Shown here in pieces: positions 50,090 to 63,703 of a DNA stretch of 63,809 nucleotides. Where the stretch lies: positions 1-63,809 of the forward strand of contig JALDZS010000140.1 in NCBI GenBank assembly GCA_022813965.1, written 5' to 3'. Position 1 is the first letter of the stretch; each line of letters begins with the position of its first letter. Position numbers and translations under genes: made by a program. The notes under the pieces were generated by a model, which did no database searches, was not told where the DNA came from, and worked only from the letters and a program-made list of their open reading frames with translations. Source of the stretch: Toensbergia leucococca. Lineage: Eukaryota.

Positions 50090-50524
50090 CTACATCGATT
50101 GACGTCTCGCGAGCCTCTCCCGCTGTCTCTTCAGCCCGCTCCATAGATCGTAATGTGCAGGCCCTCTGACATTCACCCCCCATCTTTCTCTCATATGCTC
50201 TGCCAAAGCTTCGGCCATGGCGACACTTCGATGCATTCCCGCCCTGCAGTAAACGGCAACGGTGAGAACCTCTCGTTTGTTCGTCTTAGCTTTGAGAAGA
50301 GCCTTGATGTCACGGAGCGCTGCGAGACATCGTTCTTGGTTGGCTACGTGACTGAAGAAGGCCTCGGCGGTTTCAGGGTTGAGACCAGTACTGGTTTGGC
50401 ACATATATTTTGGAGGAGCACGCAGCTCAGAACAGTCCACTACGTAGTCCGCCTCGCTAAGTTCCGGTTCCAGCAGTCCTTTGCCCATACCGAAGGTGAA
50501 AATGTGAACGTTGTACGGACGCAT
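50090..50524 (-). CDS. Stand-alone RapZ C-terminal-like domain protein
   Basis: IFTFG, VVDC..LRAP, TGL, VAVYCRAGMHRSVAMAEAL, comparable to RapZ IxSFG...GCTGGxHRSV. Confidence 0.7.
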   Translation of the reverse strand: MRPYNVHIFTFGMGKGLLEPELSEADYVVDCSELRAPPKYMCQTSTGLNPETAEAFFSHVANQERCLAALRDIKALLKAKTNKREVLTVAVYCRAGMHRSVAMAEALAEHMRERWGVNVRGPAHYDLWSGLKRQRERLARRQSM

Positions 50525-51980
50525 ATTTGTTTTTTTCCACGACGGAGTGGCTGATGTAGATTGTGATGGTGAGACCAGCAGGAGATGTGCGATGGTGTTT
50601 GAGTATGGTAGAAATGGTGGTATTTTGGGGTCAGAAGGATCGATTTATATCCCCGGGAGTGATAGTGAGTCAACAGGTTCATCCATCCTCCCAGTCGAGT
50701 TGACAGCTTGATTCATCTCTCAACGTCATTATTCGGAGTCATGACTTTGGTTGGATCCTGCCGATTTCAAATCTAGAAGCGCCCGCATGGAATCAAACAC
50801 ACAATTTGATGGACTGCTCATTCAATTTACTATTGAGGTTTAGGATCGATATGTATATGAATAGAAATTCATTGAGGAATCGGTGATCATTTGGATGGAT
50901 GAGTTTTGGAGTAACTAGTAAGTTGAAAGACTCTCTATTCGATAAAGACTTTTGATGGGATTCCACCTCATCTATATACCCAACTCCCAATGAAATCACA
51001 AGCCGGATGGAAACATATGAGGGGATTTCCCCTCGGCAGACTCCTCACTTTCCCCTCACCTTTCCATGGTATTCGTGATTACTAGATAACATCAACATTT
51101 ACTATCATTACTCAAGCGGAGCGAAGCTTGGAAGACGCTCAAGCATTCGGAGATGATTCACCTTGAAAAATGGAAGAACATACAATTCAGATACTAGACA
51201 TTCACCACTCGACGACTCGTTGAATATCAACGCTAGTTGCCTGGTGGATTCATCATACCGGTAGGCGATTCATTTTTTGGTATCTTTTACAGTCTTCACT
51301 GAGCTATTGAAATACTTTTCTTCTCCGTTGAGTGAAATACTGCATTCCGCCGAGCCCAACAGTTTGGTTTTCTTTCTGTTATCAAGAAGTCTGACCATTA
51401 CTCCTCGCCCTGAAGCTTGATATAAGTCATGAGGAGGGCATAAATCCGTACACAGAGAGCGATCATGTATGAAAGGCTGGTCAAGCCTTGAGGACGGACG
51501 TAGCAAAGCCCCTTTTTTTGTTTGAGAGACTGTTGTGTCAATATGACTAAGATCTAGATGTGTGTGTACAATGAGATGTTGTTTCTATAAACCTTAAAAC
51601 GATGCAGAGAACAAATCTGCTGTATTGACTGAAAGACTAGAAAGTAGCTGTGTAAATGACGCCTGTTTTCCTTGACAATGTTGTATATTTCAGGTATCAT
51701 GTGATAAATGTTTGCACTGAGAACATATTTCTTTATACTGCGGAGTGCTCTCAGTATATGCTATGTGCTATATATAGCCTAGACAATGCGCTACAGGCAT
51801 GATAAGGTCAAATTTAGTTTCGGACTACGGGACAGGGGCTCAGACTAACCGCATAGGGTACCTACTTGCTCTTATCGCACGGCGCGTTTCTTCGACCTCG
51901 ACCTCGACCTACCTACCCCGACCTCCTACCTACATCGCCTTTCACAAGAACTGATAGGTAGCGACCTCTACTACTACGCC

Positions 51981-54900
51981 ATGGCCTCCTCTTGCCAACC
52001 ATCTAGTGACAACGTTTTTGGACCTGCTATTACTGGCTGTCGCAGTGACTTTGACTTCACTCTCCTCTTCGAGCAGACCATCCTCTCCATTGCTCCCTCG
52101 GCCTTGCTACTCATTCTCGCCCCGTCACGACTCATCCGGCTCCTTCGATCCAGCGTCAAAACTCTACCAAGTCACCTTCGCTCGACTAAAGCTGTGAGTA
52201 CGCCGCCGAAAGAAAGGGAAATACACGACTGATCGTCGTAGGCAGTCGCTTTATGTTTGGTTGCTCTTGAGTTGGCTCTGCTGATTGAATGGACTGAACA
52301 CTCTGCTACGAGAGCGTCCGTCCCATCGGCTGTCCTGTCCTTTCTAGATGCTATTATCATCTTTGCACTCTCCACTCTTGAGCACACTCGTGCAGTGAGG
52401 CCTTCGTTTCTCCTCAATATCTACCTTTTTGTTTCGCTCATTTTTGATGTCACTCAAGCCCGAACCCTGTTCCTTAGAGGAGAGGACTATGCTATTCTTG
52501 GTCTCTGTATTGCCTGCATCGGCATCAAAGTCTTTCTCCTACTTCTCGAAGCTAAAGACAAGAGACCATATCTCAAGACCCCCTATGCGCAATATCCACC
52601 TGAGGCAACGAGTGGTATCTTTAATCGTAGCTTTTTCTGGTGGATCAATCCGTTGTTCATTGGAGGCTTCCGAAAGATCTTATCCTTGGACGACCTTTAC
52701 ATGATTGATCAAGATCTTCGGTCAGAGCTTCTGCTAGAAAGAATGCAAAAGTCCTGGCATCATTGTATACTTCGCATGAATCAATCTTGTCATTGTAGCT
52801 GAAACCATCCAGATCGTTCATCGGGCCGGTACGCCTTGGTTTATGCTTCAATTTCATGTCTGCGGTGGCCACTCGCCCGGATTTTATTTCCACGTCTCTG
52901 TCTCATCGGCTTCAACTACGCTCAGCCCTTCTTGATCAGCCGAGCGATCAGTTATGTCGGGCAGAAAACGGGAGCTCAGACTACGAATGATGGCTATGGT
53001 CTCATAGCAGCAACAGGTCTTGTCTACATAGGTATAGCAGTATGCATGTCTCGGTCTGGACGCATTAATCCAACGCGACGCTTACTGGGCATAGATATGC
53101 ACTGTTCATTACCAGCACTATCTCAATCGGATGATCACCATGTTTCGAGGTGCAATGGCATCCCTCATTTATTCTAGGACCCTCCAACTCCGAGCTGGAA
53201 TTTACGACGAATCGTCCGCACTCACACTCATGAGCACTGATGTTGACAGAATCATCATGAGCTTGCAGGCTGCCAATGAGTTGTGGGCAAGAATCGTTGA
53301 GATTGCCATCGGTGTCTGGCTTCTTGAGAGACAATTGGGTTGGATTTGTGTTGCTCCTATACTTGTTGTCTCCAGTCAGTTTTCTCCATCACATCAAGAA
53401 ATTCCATCCTATATTTACTGTACCTTCTAGTTTGTGTCCTCGGATCTCTTCGAGTCGCAAGATTCATGGGGGCGAGGCAGAAGTTATGGGTTGAAAGTGT
53501 ACAGCGAAGAGTTGCTATTACCTCCTCAATGCTGGGATCTATGAAAAGTGTGAAAATGATGGGTCTCTCAGACACTATGTCTTCAACGATTCAAGGTCAA
53601 AGGATCCGCGAACTTGATCTTTCAAAAAAGCTTAGAATACTCTCCGTTTGGCGAGAGTCTATTTGTAGGTCTATGGTCTGTTTCGTGTCAATTGAAGGCT
53701 GACTTCTGACAGCAATAACGCCGAGCCTCGTGGGACCTCTTCTTACTTTTATCATTTTCGCCATCTTGGCGACAACCCAAGGCTCGAACCGGCTCTCGAC
53801 TGTTCAGGCATTTACATCCCTTGCCATCATTTCTTTGCTAACAACTCCTGCCGCGGAGCTACTATCCTCCTTACCAAGAGTTCCCATGGCTGTAGGCTGC
53901 TTTGATAGAATTCAAACGTTCCTTCTTTCTCAGTCATGGGAGGATCAAAGGATCCGAGGGTCAAGCTCTCTCCCAACCGCGATGGAGTCAGAGGTAGTAG
54001 ATGAAATTGAACTCCAGCATTTTTCCTCTGCAAGTCTGGGGAACGACGCTGTAGTAGTAGATAATGCTAGCATTCGACCTTCGTCGGAATCGCCTCTAGC
54101 TCTACGAGATATTAGCCTTCGTGTTGGCAACAGCTCTTTAACGATGGTGATTGGTGTCGTGGGGTCTGGCAAATCCACGTTGCTCAAGGCCATCTTAGGA
54201 GAATTGACCTGTGACAACGGGTATGTCAGAGTGAGCTCGAAGCGGATGGCATACTGCAGTCAAAGCACATGGTTACAAAACGCAACTGTCCGTCAGATTG
54301 TGTGTGGCGTGCCCGAAGACATAGAGGTTGACCAAGAATGGTATCTTGCCGTAATGCACGCTTGTGCGCTCAATGAAGACGTGGCAAAGATGTTAGAGGG
54401 GCACGAAACCCTCATTGGAAGTCGAGGTCTGACTCTAAGCGGCGGACAAAAGCAGCGTTTGGTAAGTCTGTCAACTTACTACGATAATCCTACAATATCC
54501 TACAATATTTCTTGAAGGCTGATATCACCCTAGGCTCTAGCGAGAGCCGTGTATGCACGACAAGATATTGTCGTTCTTGATGACGTCCTAAGCGCTTTGG
54601 ATGCTACTACAGAGGGATTAGTAGTCGATAGGCTGCTCGGAAAGACAGGAATCTTCCGGAGGCTGGGGTCTACAGTCGTATTGGCTACTCACGCGGGTCA
54701 GAGCAGCCTCATTCTATTCGAGAATCAGCAGGAGGCTAATAGTTGTCCTTCTGGTAGTCCGGCACCTACCATTAGCTGACCATATAGTCGTGTTGAACAC
54801 AGACGGTCAGATCGCCGAGCAGGGAACGTTTGAATACCTCAAAGCACAGAATGACATCGTTCGCAACATCCTCCTGGGTCGATCCTCAAAGAGTCACGGA

Positions 54901-56974
54901 GATGATGGAGACCAAGCTTTTCAAGAAAAGCGACCCTCTCCTGCAGTAATTAAAGCTATCAAAGGCGCGACTGCAATTGATCTTACGGATCTAACTCGAC
55001 GCACTGGTGATGCTTCAGTGTATCGCTATTATCTAGCTTCGATTGGCTGGAAATTGACACTAGTGGTCATGGCACTGGTGAGCGGATACACTATTGCATC
55101 AAAATTTCCTCGTAAGTGATGTGTGTTTGGCGACCTCGCTCTCCCCTTTGACAGGAATGCTGATGGACTCAATAGTAATCTGGTTGAATTTGTATGCCCA
55201 AGGTACAATTCAAGGCATTGGTCTCTTCACCAGTGTCTATGCAGTCTTCACTTTCGGTGCCTTGGCTTCGATTGCTGGATCTATATAGTATGTTTCATCG
55301 ACCACGGAAAAGTGGCCGGCCAGGCTAATAGTCTGCAGCGTCATGTTTCTGTTCGTCATACCAAAGTCCGGAGCAAGTCTCCACAAGGCTCTGCTCCACA
55401 CAGTAATGCGGGCTCCACAATCTTTCTTTGCGAAGACGGACACGGGTGTCACCTTGAACAGGTTCAGCCAGGACATGACTCTTGTTGATAGCGTATTGCC
55501 GTCTTCTGCTATAATATCATTGCAAGGTACGCTTGTCAGTGGAATAGTTGTTCCTCAACAGGGTACTAATAGACACCTTAGCCTTTGCCAATTGCGTGGC
55601 CGAGGCAGGACTCATCGCAACAGGCTCAAGCTACATGGCTCTTACGATACCGGGCTTGGTTCTTGCGTTGTACCTGTTACAGAAAGTCTATCTGAGGACA
55701 TCTCGACAGATACGGTTCCTGGACTTAGAGGCCAAAAGCCCGTTGTATTCGCACTTTTTGGAAACTCTGGAAGGCCTTTCAACCATACGCGCTTTTGGCT
55801 GGCAGGAGCGATCTATAGCGACCCACATCAAACGACTCGATTCCTCACAGAGGCCATACTATCTTCTTTTATGCATTCAGAGATGGTTAAATCTTGTGCT
55901 TGGACTTCTTGTGACTGCAATAGCAGTGACCGTGGTTGCGCTAGCCTTCACTCTTCGAAACAGCAGCGACAGTGGACTACTGGGTATTGCGTTGAATGGC
56001 GTCCTGGGGTTCAATCAAAGCCTTGAAATGCTTATGATGTTCTGGACGCTGCTTGAGACATCGATTGGTGCCATTGCGAGGGTCAAAACTTTCGTGGCAA
56101 ACACAGAATCGGAGGACAAGGCTGGTGAGAACTTCGAACCTGGACTTGAATGGCCAAGTCGAGGAGCAATTGAGTTCCGCAATGTTTCCGCATCCTATGG
56201 GTGACTGCAAATCGTCTTGATTGTTAGAAACAATACCTTGTGCTGACAATGTATCAGGCATGCAGCGCCGGCGCTCCGAAATATCTCTATGAATATAAAC
56301 CTAGGGGAGAAAATTGGAATCTGCGGTCGTACAGGCAGGTCGGTCACCCCAGTATACATGATAAGCATCAGGAGTTTAACAATCGCAGTGGCAAGAGCTC
56401 CCTACTATCTGTCCTTCTACGCCTCCTCGACATGAACTCTGGGACAATCTTCGTCGACGGAGTCGATCTTCAAATAGTCCCGCGAGAGATCATTAGAACC
56501 CGAGTAGTTGCTATTCCTCAAGATCCCTTCATCCTCACTGGCTCTATCCGTCTCAACGCTGATCCCATAGGCATCATCTCCGATGAAGAAATTATCGCCG
56601 CGTTGATGAAAATCCGTCTTTGGGACACACTATTTTTGCGTGGTGGTCTGGACGCAGAAATCACCACCCAGCCGTTATCATACGGCCAGCAACAGCTCTT
56701 CTGTCTCGCAAGAGCAATGCTTAGACGAGGAAGCAAGATCTTAGTTCTTGATGAGGCAACTAGCAACGTGGATTCAGAGACGGATCAGCTTATGCAGTCT
56801 TTAATAAGGGAGGAATTCAAAGACCATACTATTCTCACTGTTGCACATCGTCTGGACAGCATTCGGGGGAGTGATAAGGTTGCTGTGCTGGAAGAAGGGA
56901 GGCTGGTGGAGTTTGGGGACCCAAGGGAGCTTCTCAACAGGCCGTCAGCTTTTAGGGAGTTGCAACGGGGGTGA
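51981..56974 (+). CDS. ABCC (MRP-type) full-size ABC transporter, multi-exon
   Basis: FDFTLLFEQ N-terminus, TMD1, GVVGSGKS, LSGGQKQR, VVLDD, TMD2 (NRFSQDM), GRTGSGKSS, LSYGQQQL, LVLDEATS, AHRL. Confidence 0.95.
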
Positions 56975-57352
56975 GAGTTGGGCTCAATTATGTCTGAAAC
57001 TCCCTCAACGATGGATCAACCTGTATCAGTCACTAGGACGGTTTAATTGTTGTATCTGGGTCATGTGACTGACTGGTTTTAATACTCCTTGAAAGATACG
57101 AGTTCTCGTACTAAATACCTTTTAAAACATGACCTTGAAAACAAATGTTTCTTACAACACGATCACCTTCCGCCCTTTATTAACATAATGAGCCTTAGAC
57201 TGAGTACTAACGGCACCTCACTCAGCCCACCCTCTGACACTTCCCAAATCATACTCGGTAGCTTTTTCGACATCATTTCTATCGCGTACGGACCACATAG
57301 CCCATGTAACCTCCGCTGTATCAGTGCTGCCTACCTTAAATCGTTGTCCTTG

Positions 57353-59380
57353 ATGGACCCGCTGTCATTCACCGCCAGCCTTGCAATCTTGGTTGGCGTC
57401 GTTACCACCAGCTCCAAAATCATCTACGACCTCGGGAAAAAGCTCAAGAATGCACCCAAGGCTGTTGAAATTCTTACTGAGCAGCTACGGACTTTTGAAG
57501 GCCTTCTCAAAGAACTTGACGCCCAGCTACAAGACCACAAAAATCATGCCCCGCGGCAAGAGACACTACAGCAGGTATGGGGCAGCTCTCTCGCTCAGAT
57601 GAGACAAGATCTCGAGGCATTGCGTAAGGTGCTCTCCAGTTGAGCCACTACTGAAGGAAATGTTGTTGAGTTCAAGATTTATCTACTCAGCTCGAGAGGT
57701 ACTTGGAGGTAAGGAGGTTGCGAAGTATTAGAGAAAGATAAATGCACATTGCGGTACCAGAACGAGTATTCAGGCCATGGTTTGTGGGTGAGTGTTGAGG
57801 ACTACTTTGTGATGTTTATCTGCTTTCTATAATTTACCCATTGGAGTCCTACAAATCCGGGTAAATGGCCAGGTACTATTCATTGGATCTCAGACCGTTT
57901 GCTTCGTTCATCCGGACCATGGACGGTAGATGAACTCTCACCCTTTGAGATCTGTCTCATTGGCACCTTGGCCAATGTGGATGTAGAGTTTCAAAGTCTT
58001 CTGAAGAGACACCTGACAAGTTATCGTTCGCCATTTCTTTCCATTCATGCTCTCAGCACAGAAAGTCTATATGAATTTACATTTAGCTCAAGCTCCATTA
58101 TACGTCACTTTCACTCCTTGAAACGATTTGAGAGAATGAAATTCCTCAAGATCCTTTGCAAAAGCGGCTCGATCTCAATGCTGGGACCGTCTGTAGACAG
58201 CGGCCTGAATGTCAACGAAGGAAAGTGTCTCAATAACCTGCTAGGCATTGCCGCAGTGAGGCGCGACATGGATCTCGTTCACTTCCTGGCCGCTGCTGGT
58301 GCGAGTACTGCCTTAGCTTTGAGTCATCTCCTTGATAACGGCCAAGGTCACCGGCCTGATGCCCTCTATAAGTGTCTTCTGTAGTTGCTAACAGAAAATG
58401 CTTCCCTCGCGCGTTTTTCAGATTCCTTGCATAACCCCCTATTTCTCATCTTGAGTCAGCACTGTCGGCAGGATCGCTGACCAATCCTTCTTTACCTGGA
58501 TGCACTCAAAGCTCATCTCAGCCGAAAAGTGTTTCGATAAGAGCGACTCCAAGGAGGAGGGTCCATGGGATTCCCGGTTATCAAAAGTTATATGTTTCAA
58601 GCTGTTATGAAGAGAAATCATGGCTTGGTTGATCTTCTCCTGCAGCACGGTGCACAAGCTGAAGTATAGATGTCTCATTTATTTGACGTCTCAAACATAC
58701 AGGTTTGGCATGATGCTGACCCGCTCAAACGGTGTACCTAGTTGATAATATCCATCATGCTGGGTTCAGCATCTTGTATTGAAGTTCTCCTTTAGCATAG
58801 CGCAGACTCTACGACCAAAGATGGCCCGGGTAGACTCGCAATACAACTTGAGGCTGCCAACGCATGTGGCTATAATCCCCGTCGTATTTAACGCTGTTAT
58901 GCCTTCCTTGGGCCTTTACTACATGTAAAGGGAGCGCAAGATACTGAGACTCGTGCTGTGATGAGAAGAGCCCTCAATCGCAAGTTTCAAGGCTGGAAGA
59001 ATTTGGAGGACTATCAGGATTTTCATTCTAAGATGGATCCCCTATCCTTGACGTGGCAAGGGAGAGTCATTTCAGCCCTTCAAGAGATTATCGTACGGAT
59101 CCTAGATTCTGCAAGACCATTGAAGCCAAGGATTAAAGGCTGGCAACATGAATTACATCAACTATGGCGCATGCCATTCCATGAAGCCTTTCTTGTGAGA
59201 TTCTTCTACGTTCTTTCATACATAATATTTCTGGCTTCTGAAGCGATTTCGTTTGAAATGGGTCTTAAAGTTATTCACTTACCATTATGGTTTCTTTTTT
59301 CCGCTTTCGCGATCCTGATGCTGGCTCTTATCTGGGCATTTCCGGGTTCGATTGTCTTCGAGAAAATTACTATTGTATGA
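57353..59380 (+). pseudogene. Decayed HeLo-like N-terminal domain / ankyrin-like / C-terminal TM gene
   Basis: MDPLSFTASLAILVG...LKNAPKAVEILTEQL, then stops and frameshifts; ankyrin-like LLGIAAVRRDMDLVHFLAAAGA and LVDLLLQHGA fragments; hydrophobic C-terminus. Confidence 0.7.
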
Positions 59381-60151
59381 AGGCATGAGATGTAAAGCTA
59401 AAACGAATGGTTGACTGAGCTACAAGATTAAGCTTGTATCGGTGTCATGATCTACTCTAGGATGAGGGTTATTGAAGAATTCATGCACATAGTGGTCTGT
59501 ATTGTGGTCGGCGGTGAGGCTATTACAGATGTGCTCAATCAGGACGTGGCCGTAAAAGCTGATTTCATCTTCAGAAACGAAACGAAACCTAGGATAGTAC
59601 AGTAAGAACACCTCGCTTGAAAAAGACAGCCCTTTCATTTTATGGAGCATCATGCTGAAGTATCGATTTGGGATTGATCCCTTTTCTTTGGGTCTTAGTT
59701 GACACTATAAGTCACCCTAACTTATTGACAGATGATGCACGGGTTTTCTTTGTTCAATAGTTGATTTCATTGTTATGTAAGTCGCAACTGTTTGTGGCCA
59801 ATGTTTTACTTGTCACAGACAAATGGTTCTCTTTCGGGTTTGAAACAATGATACTATTCAGTGTTCAATTTCAACAACCTTATTGTTAAGCATAAACATA
59901 CCGTATTGTTTTTACCTATCATTCTCTTGTTCTGAGCCTTGTGATCTATTCTCATGAGTATAAATATCATCTTGTTTTCTTTCAGAGATTTTACTTCAGT
60001 CCTTCACCACATCTTTGAATCACACAACTCTTCACTGCTAAGGTAGAAATCACCCTGAAAAACCAAGCTGATCCAGCTCTGAGCATTCAAATATCGCCTT
60101 CAGCCATCATATCAATTATCAACAACGGTCAGGGACATCGTTGACAAAAAT

Positions 60152-61059
60152 ATGGGTGTCATCGAGTTCGTCGAGAAACAACCGGACAAGATCTGCAGCT
60201 GCGACCACTGCAAAGAGTACAATGACGAACCTAGATGTGATCGCTGCGGGGGTGACTGCACCACGGCCAATTACTTCGGGGATAACCCTGGCTGCGAGTC
60301 TTGCGCGTGCAAACTCTGCCCGATGGGGAGTAGCCTCAAGTGAATAAACGGTAAGTTGAAATGGCTTGAGGGCACCTTTGGTAAGTGCGCGTCCTGCGAG
60401 AAGCACTGCAACAAGGATGAATTTTCGGGGAAATTTAAGTGCGTGGTTTGCGGGTGCGAGACCTACGTGATTCACTTTGAGAGTAACGACGAGGGTGCGT
60501 ACGCTTTCAGTTCAGATTCCGATTCCGATTCGTCCGATGAGGAATTTCCAACTTGGAATCCATCTTGAAATGCATCGAGGACATGTCTGATGAAGATGAG
60601 TTCAACAAGGAAAATCTCAATGCGAACAAGTCTGATGAGGAAAAGCCCTTTGAGCTTGACGTAGGTCGGTGCCCGTACTGTGGGCAAGCCCTCACACAAG
60701 ATGAATTCTCAGTCTGGGGCGAGCTCCATTGCAACAGCTGTGGTAGGGACTCTTGGCACGGGCTAGGTGAAAGAGACGTGGAAGGCTTCTTTGAGTCCGG
60801 TGAGGAAGACTCCTTCAAAGAATACCTAAATGACTGCGATCTCTGCGGAGGTGATTGCCAAGCTGATGAATTCATGGACGGTCTATTTCAGTGTAAGTCA
60901 TGCGGCAGCGAGTCCTTTGTGGGTCCCGGTGAGAAGGGTGTTCCGGTCAGGTTCTATGCGGGTGTCGGTATTTTGGCTTGCCGCCCGAAGATTGCGACAG
61001 CTGAGGATGACAGGAATGAGGGTGAGGTCAGTGAGGATGTGATGGAAGTTGATGATTAA
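60152..61059 (+). pseudogene. Acidic Cys-rich protein with four zinc-ribbon-like repeats; interrupted by TGA at 60341-60343 and a frameshift near 60553-60568
   Basis: CDRCGGDC...CESC, CASCEKHCNKDEF...CVVCG, CPYCGQALTQDEF...CNSCG, CDLCGGDCQADEF...CKSCG. Confidence 0.6.
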
Positions 61060-61249
61060 GAGGGATGAGGTGAGGCGTAGATTCTGAGCGGAATGAGACG
61101 AGGGCGAAGTATCTCTTATTAATCTTGCATGCGATGGGAGGATTTTTTATTTTAGCAGGGACTCATTTGATATCACGGGCGTACCTAGCATAGAGATTTG
61201 TTTTTGAGAGTTTGGGTGCAATGAATTTACTACTAGCTCTATTTATTTA

Positions 61250-63703
61250 CATTTAATTACCTACGCTAAAAATGTGCTAATTACCTTACCTTACTTGTGT
61301 TAACCTACCTAAGCGGAGATACTAGAGATCAATTTACTGTAAATTCTTAATAATGACTCAGTGATCTCAATGAGAACGTAAAATTTGAGTATGCAAAATT
61401 AGACAGTAATATAATAATAACATACAAGATTTTAAGAAGGTTCTTCCTTGAATTAATATCTATTAATCAGCATGTTTTTATAATAAAGAAAATTAATGTG
61501 AGTGACTGATCTATATGTCAGAATAGTTATTTAAATGACATACTCAATATGTGAGATTAAGATTAATTTCTGAGTACAGAGTCTAATCAGAGTAATTTAT
61601 AGAAAGAACATACACAATTTTTATTTCACTCAAAGATATGTCTGTAAAGAGATGCTTACATTATTATATTAAAGTATGTACTTCATACATAATATAACTC
61701 TTATATAGTAATAAATAAACAGTAATTCTATGCTTTAACATAACTAAGAAGAATCATAATTAGAAATTTAAAAGGTTTGTGTTACAGATGTTATCAATAT
61801 TCATCACACATCATACTAGATTAGACCTAGCATTTCTCACAAATCTAAATATAAAGAGCTCACACATCTAGCTAGATTTCTTATTTATTCATCATACTAT
61901 TTAATCATACTTTATTAGAGATATCACTCTTATTATGTAATTATTCCTAACAGTTTATAGAATTAAGATATCTTACATCAATATAACAAATGATCAAGAT
62001 TCTGAATTGTCTAAATATTACTTCAATATTTAATTGTTAATATCAATTCTTAATTATTCTATTATATTAATGCTTTGTATTACTGTAAGATTTAATAATA
62101 AAGCTATTTATAGCTTATAGAAATCTGATCAGGCATTTATCCACGCCTTTATCTTTTTCTTTACACAGTCAGATATTTATCTGTCTGTGTCTTTGTCTTT
62201 ATCTTTACACAGTCAGATATTTATCTGTCTGTGCCTTTGCTTTTATCTTAACGTTAATTCACTGCATCACAGACACTTAGAATGAGAGATACTTTAGAGA
62301 AGAAATGAGCTGTAATTCAGAGAGATAATTCTAGATATTTAAAGATAATTAGTTAAAGAATAAGAAACAAGACAACATTTGTTATTGTGAGAGAATTAGA
62401 GTTGAGCTCAGTCTTATCTTATTCTTATTCTCAAGCTGAATGTACAAGTACTAAAGACAAGATATTTATATTTAAAGAAATTGTATCTGTCAATTCACAA
62501 AAAGCAGGTTATTCTCTTAATATGATAGAACATAGAGCTTTCTCACTGAAAGAGCAGACAGACTGACAATAATAATAGTATGAAATAGCTGTAGCAGAGA
62601 TAGCTTGAGCATAGAATTATAGTCTGCAAGTGATGTATAGAGCATAAGAATAACAAATAATCATTTCTGTCTTATAATCTTCTAAACAAAGATGTGTTTT
62701 AATCTACTGATAAAAGATTTATAATACTAAATAAAGTCACTGCAGATAAAGATAACATGTCACTCAGACTCTCTATAAGTAAATTATAAATATCTGATTA
62801 GAATAAAACAATCAGCTTCTTTATCAGAAATCAACTTATAAATTACCTAAGTTAATCTTCTTGCTTTAAGATATAGTGTCAGAATTTAGCTCAGAGTCTA
62901 GTCATAAGAATATAATTGATAAAAAGACTAAGACTAAGAAAGAAAAGTATTTAGATGATAACACTAAATTCAATGTGATCTAAATGTGTGTTAATGCTCT
63001 TAAATCAGTGTTAAGACTTAGTGAGTTAGCTGAGTTATAACATATAGATGTACTCTTAAAATGTATAATGTTAGAGAAATTTTAGTCAGTATTGTACACA
63101 CTTCTTAACTTTCTTTCAAAGACTTTATTTATTATTAAAGATTATACAGAAAGCAGTAACTCTTATTAAACATACTTAATCTTGAGATGTCTCAGTACAG
63201 CTAATCTGTCATAATAAGAGTCTGACTTTAAGTACATATATAAATATTCATTCAGAGACTTATCATTCTGTAATTCTGACTGAGGCAAGAGCTTGTTAAA
63301 TAAAATAAAGCATTGATCACAAATCTCTTTTATAGTCTTAAAGGTCTTCAGCTTAGAAGTAATAAAGATGTTTAGTAAAAGAAGGTGTATAGTTTACTGT
63401 AGATTCTTATGTCTTAGAAGGGCTCACTCTACATTAAAATAGTTAATAATATAAACCTTTAACTTAAATTCTCTATCAATTACTAGTAAATGTCTCATTG
63501 ACTTTAATAATAATATAAATTAGATATGAGTGCAGAAGTAAGACTAATAAATTGTATTAAATAAAGTAAAAAGATCTTTATGTCACTAAATCACAAAAGT
63601 TTCAGTCACTAAATTGAAAATATCTTTAGATTACTGAATTAAAAAGATCTTTAAACAAGAATGTGAAATTCTAAATGAGATGAAAATAAGATGTACTGAT
63701 GCC
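61250..63703. other. Subtelomeric AT-rich hypermutated block (RIP-like relic of unknown origin)
   Basis: Very low GC with near absence of CG, CC and GG; no ORF of 60 aa or more. Confidence 0.8.
62159..62247. repeat. 44-bp tandem duplication
   Basis: CTTTACACAGTCAGATATTTATCTGTCTGTG(T/C)CTTTG.. at 62159 and 62203. Confidence 0.85.

Noticed and set aside
61250..63703. Telomere-linked RecQ helicase or LINE relic
   Set aside because: I could not recover helicase or reverse-transcriptase motifs by eye; the sequence is too degenerate.
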